DNA from: Hemiscyllium ocellatum | Lineage: Eukaryota | Assembly (NCBI RefSeq): GCF_020745735.1 | Contig: NW_026867526.1 | Span: 62,001 to 126,000, forward strand | DNA: 64,000 nucleotides | Direction: 5' to 3' | Shown: positions 63,800-64,000 of the stretch, piece after piece | Position numbering within the stretch: the stretch's first letter is position 1 | Layout of the letters: every line of letters begins with the position of its first letter | Made by a program: the position numbers and the translations under genes | Notes under the pieces: model-generated | Databases searched by the model: none | Seen by the model: only the letters and a program-made list of their open reading frames with translations | Told to the model about the DNA's origin: nothing

Positions 63800-64000
63800 G
63801 GAGATAGCAACGTTGGATGGTATTCGTTTTAATGACAGAGTCTGATGAACAAGGCAGATGAAATACTGCCATAAATGAGGAAATGATGCGGTTGCTATCA
63901 CGGAGACATATTGAGAGCCGGGCAGGAGTGGCTATTCAATATTCCAGGATTTAATGCCTTCAGGCGAGACAGGGAAAGATGGAAAAGGATGGAGGCGGGG
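63800..64000 (+). mobile_element. CR1 LINE endonuclease-region fragment in the presumed CH1-CH2 intron (runs off the window)
   Basis: DAVAITET.....GQEWLFNIPGFNAFRRDR.....GG matches the CR1 APE N-terminus. Confidence 0.7.

Noticed and set aside
1-64000. CRISPR array or prokaryotic defence system
   Set aside because: The DNA is vertebrate with spliceosomal introns, and no short repeat-spacer array was seen.

Overview
Eukaryotic genomic DNA from a cartilaginous fish; the Ig residues resemble nurse-shark-type IgM, an inference from remembered sequences. The right end (54.1-63.6 kb, minus strand) is the 3' part of an IgM heavy-chain minicluster. It contains CH2, CH3, CH4 with the secretory tail, TM1 and TM2, all with open frames, canonical splice sites, and separate secreted and membrane poly(A) signals. 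CH1 and V/D/J are not in the window and presumably lie beyond its right edge. A young CR1 LINE with an 814-aa open ORF2 remnant sits antisense in the CH4-TM1 intron. Positions 32-54 kb are a patchwork of CR1, L2-like, hAT and Tigger remnants plus unique AT-rich DNA, with two candidate B-cell enhancer motif clusters. Positions 1-29.6 kb are a head-to-tail macrosatellite-like array of a composite 1-5 kb unit: gypsy pol remnant, internally deleted CR1 piece, non-TE spacer, Penelope-type hammerhead-ribozyme end, spacer, RTE LINE remnant. The array has about 9 copies, mostly old and diverged, but includes a 2.5-kb near-identical tract and chimeric deletion derivatives. Several Penelope-derived hammerhead ribozyme cores, one in a TSD-flanked inverted-repeat mini-element, and a CpG-rich promoter-like island lie in or next to the array. 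All alignments were done by eye and TE boundaries are approximate.
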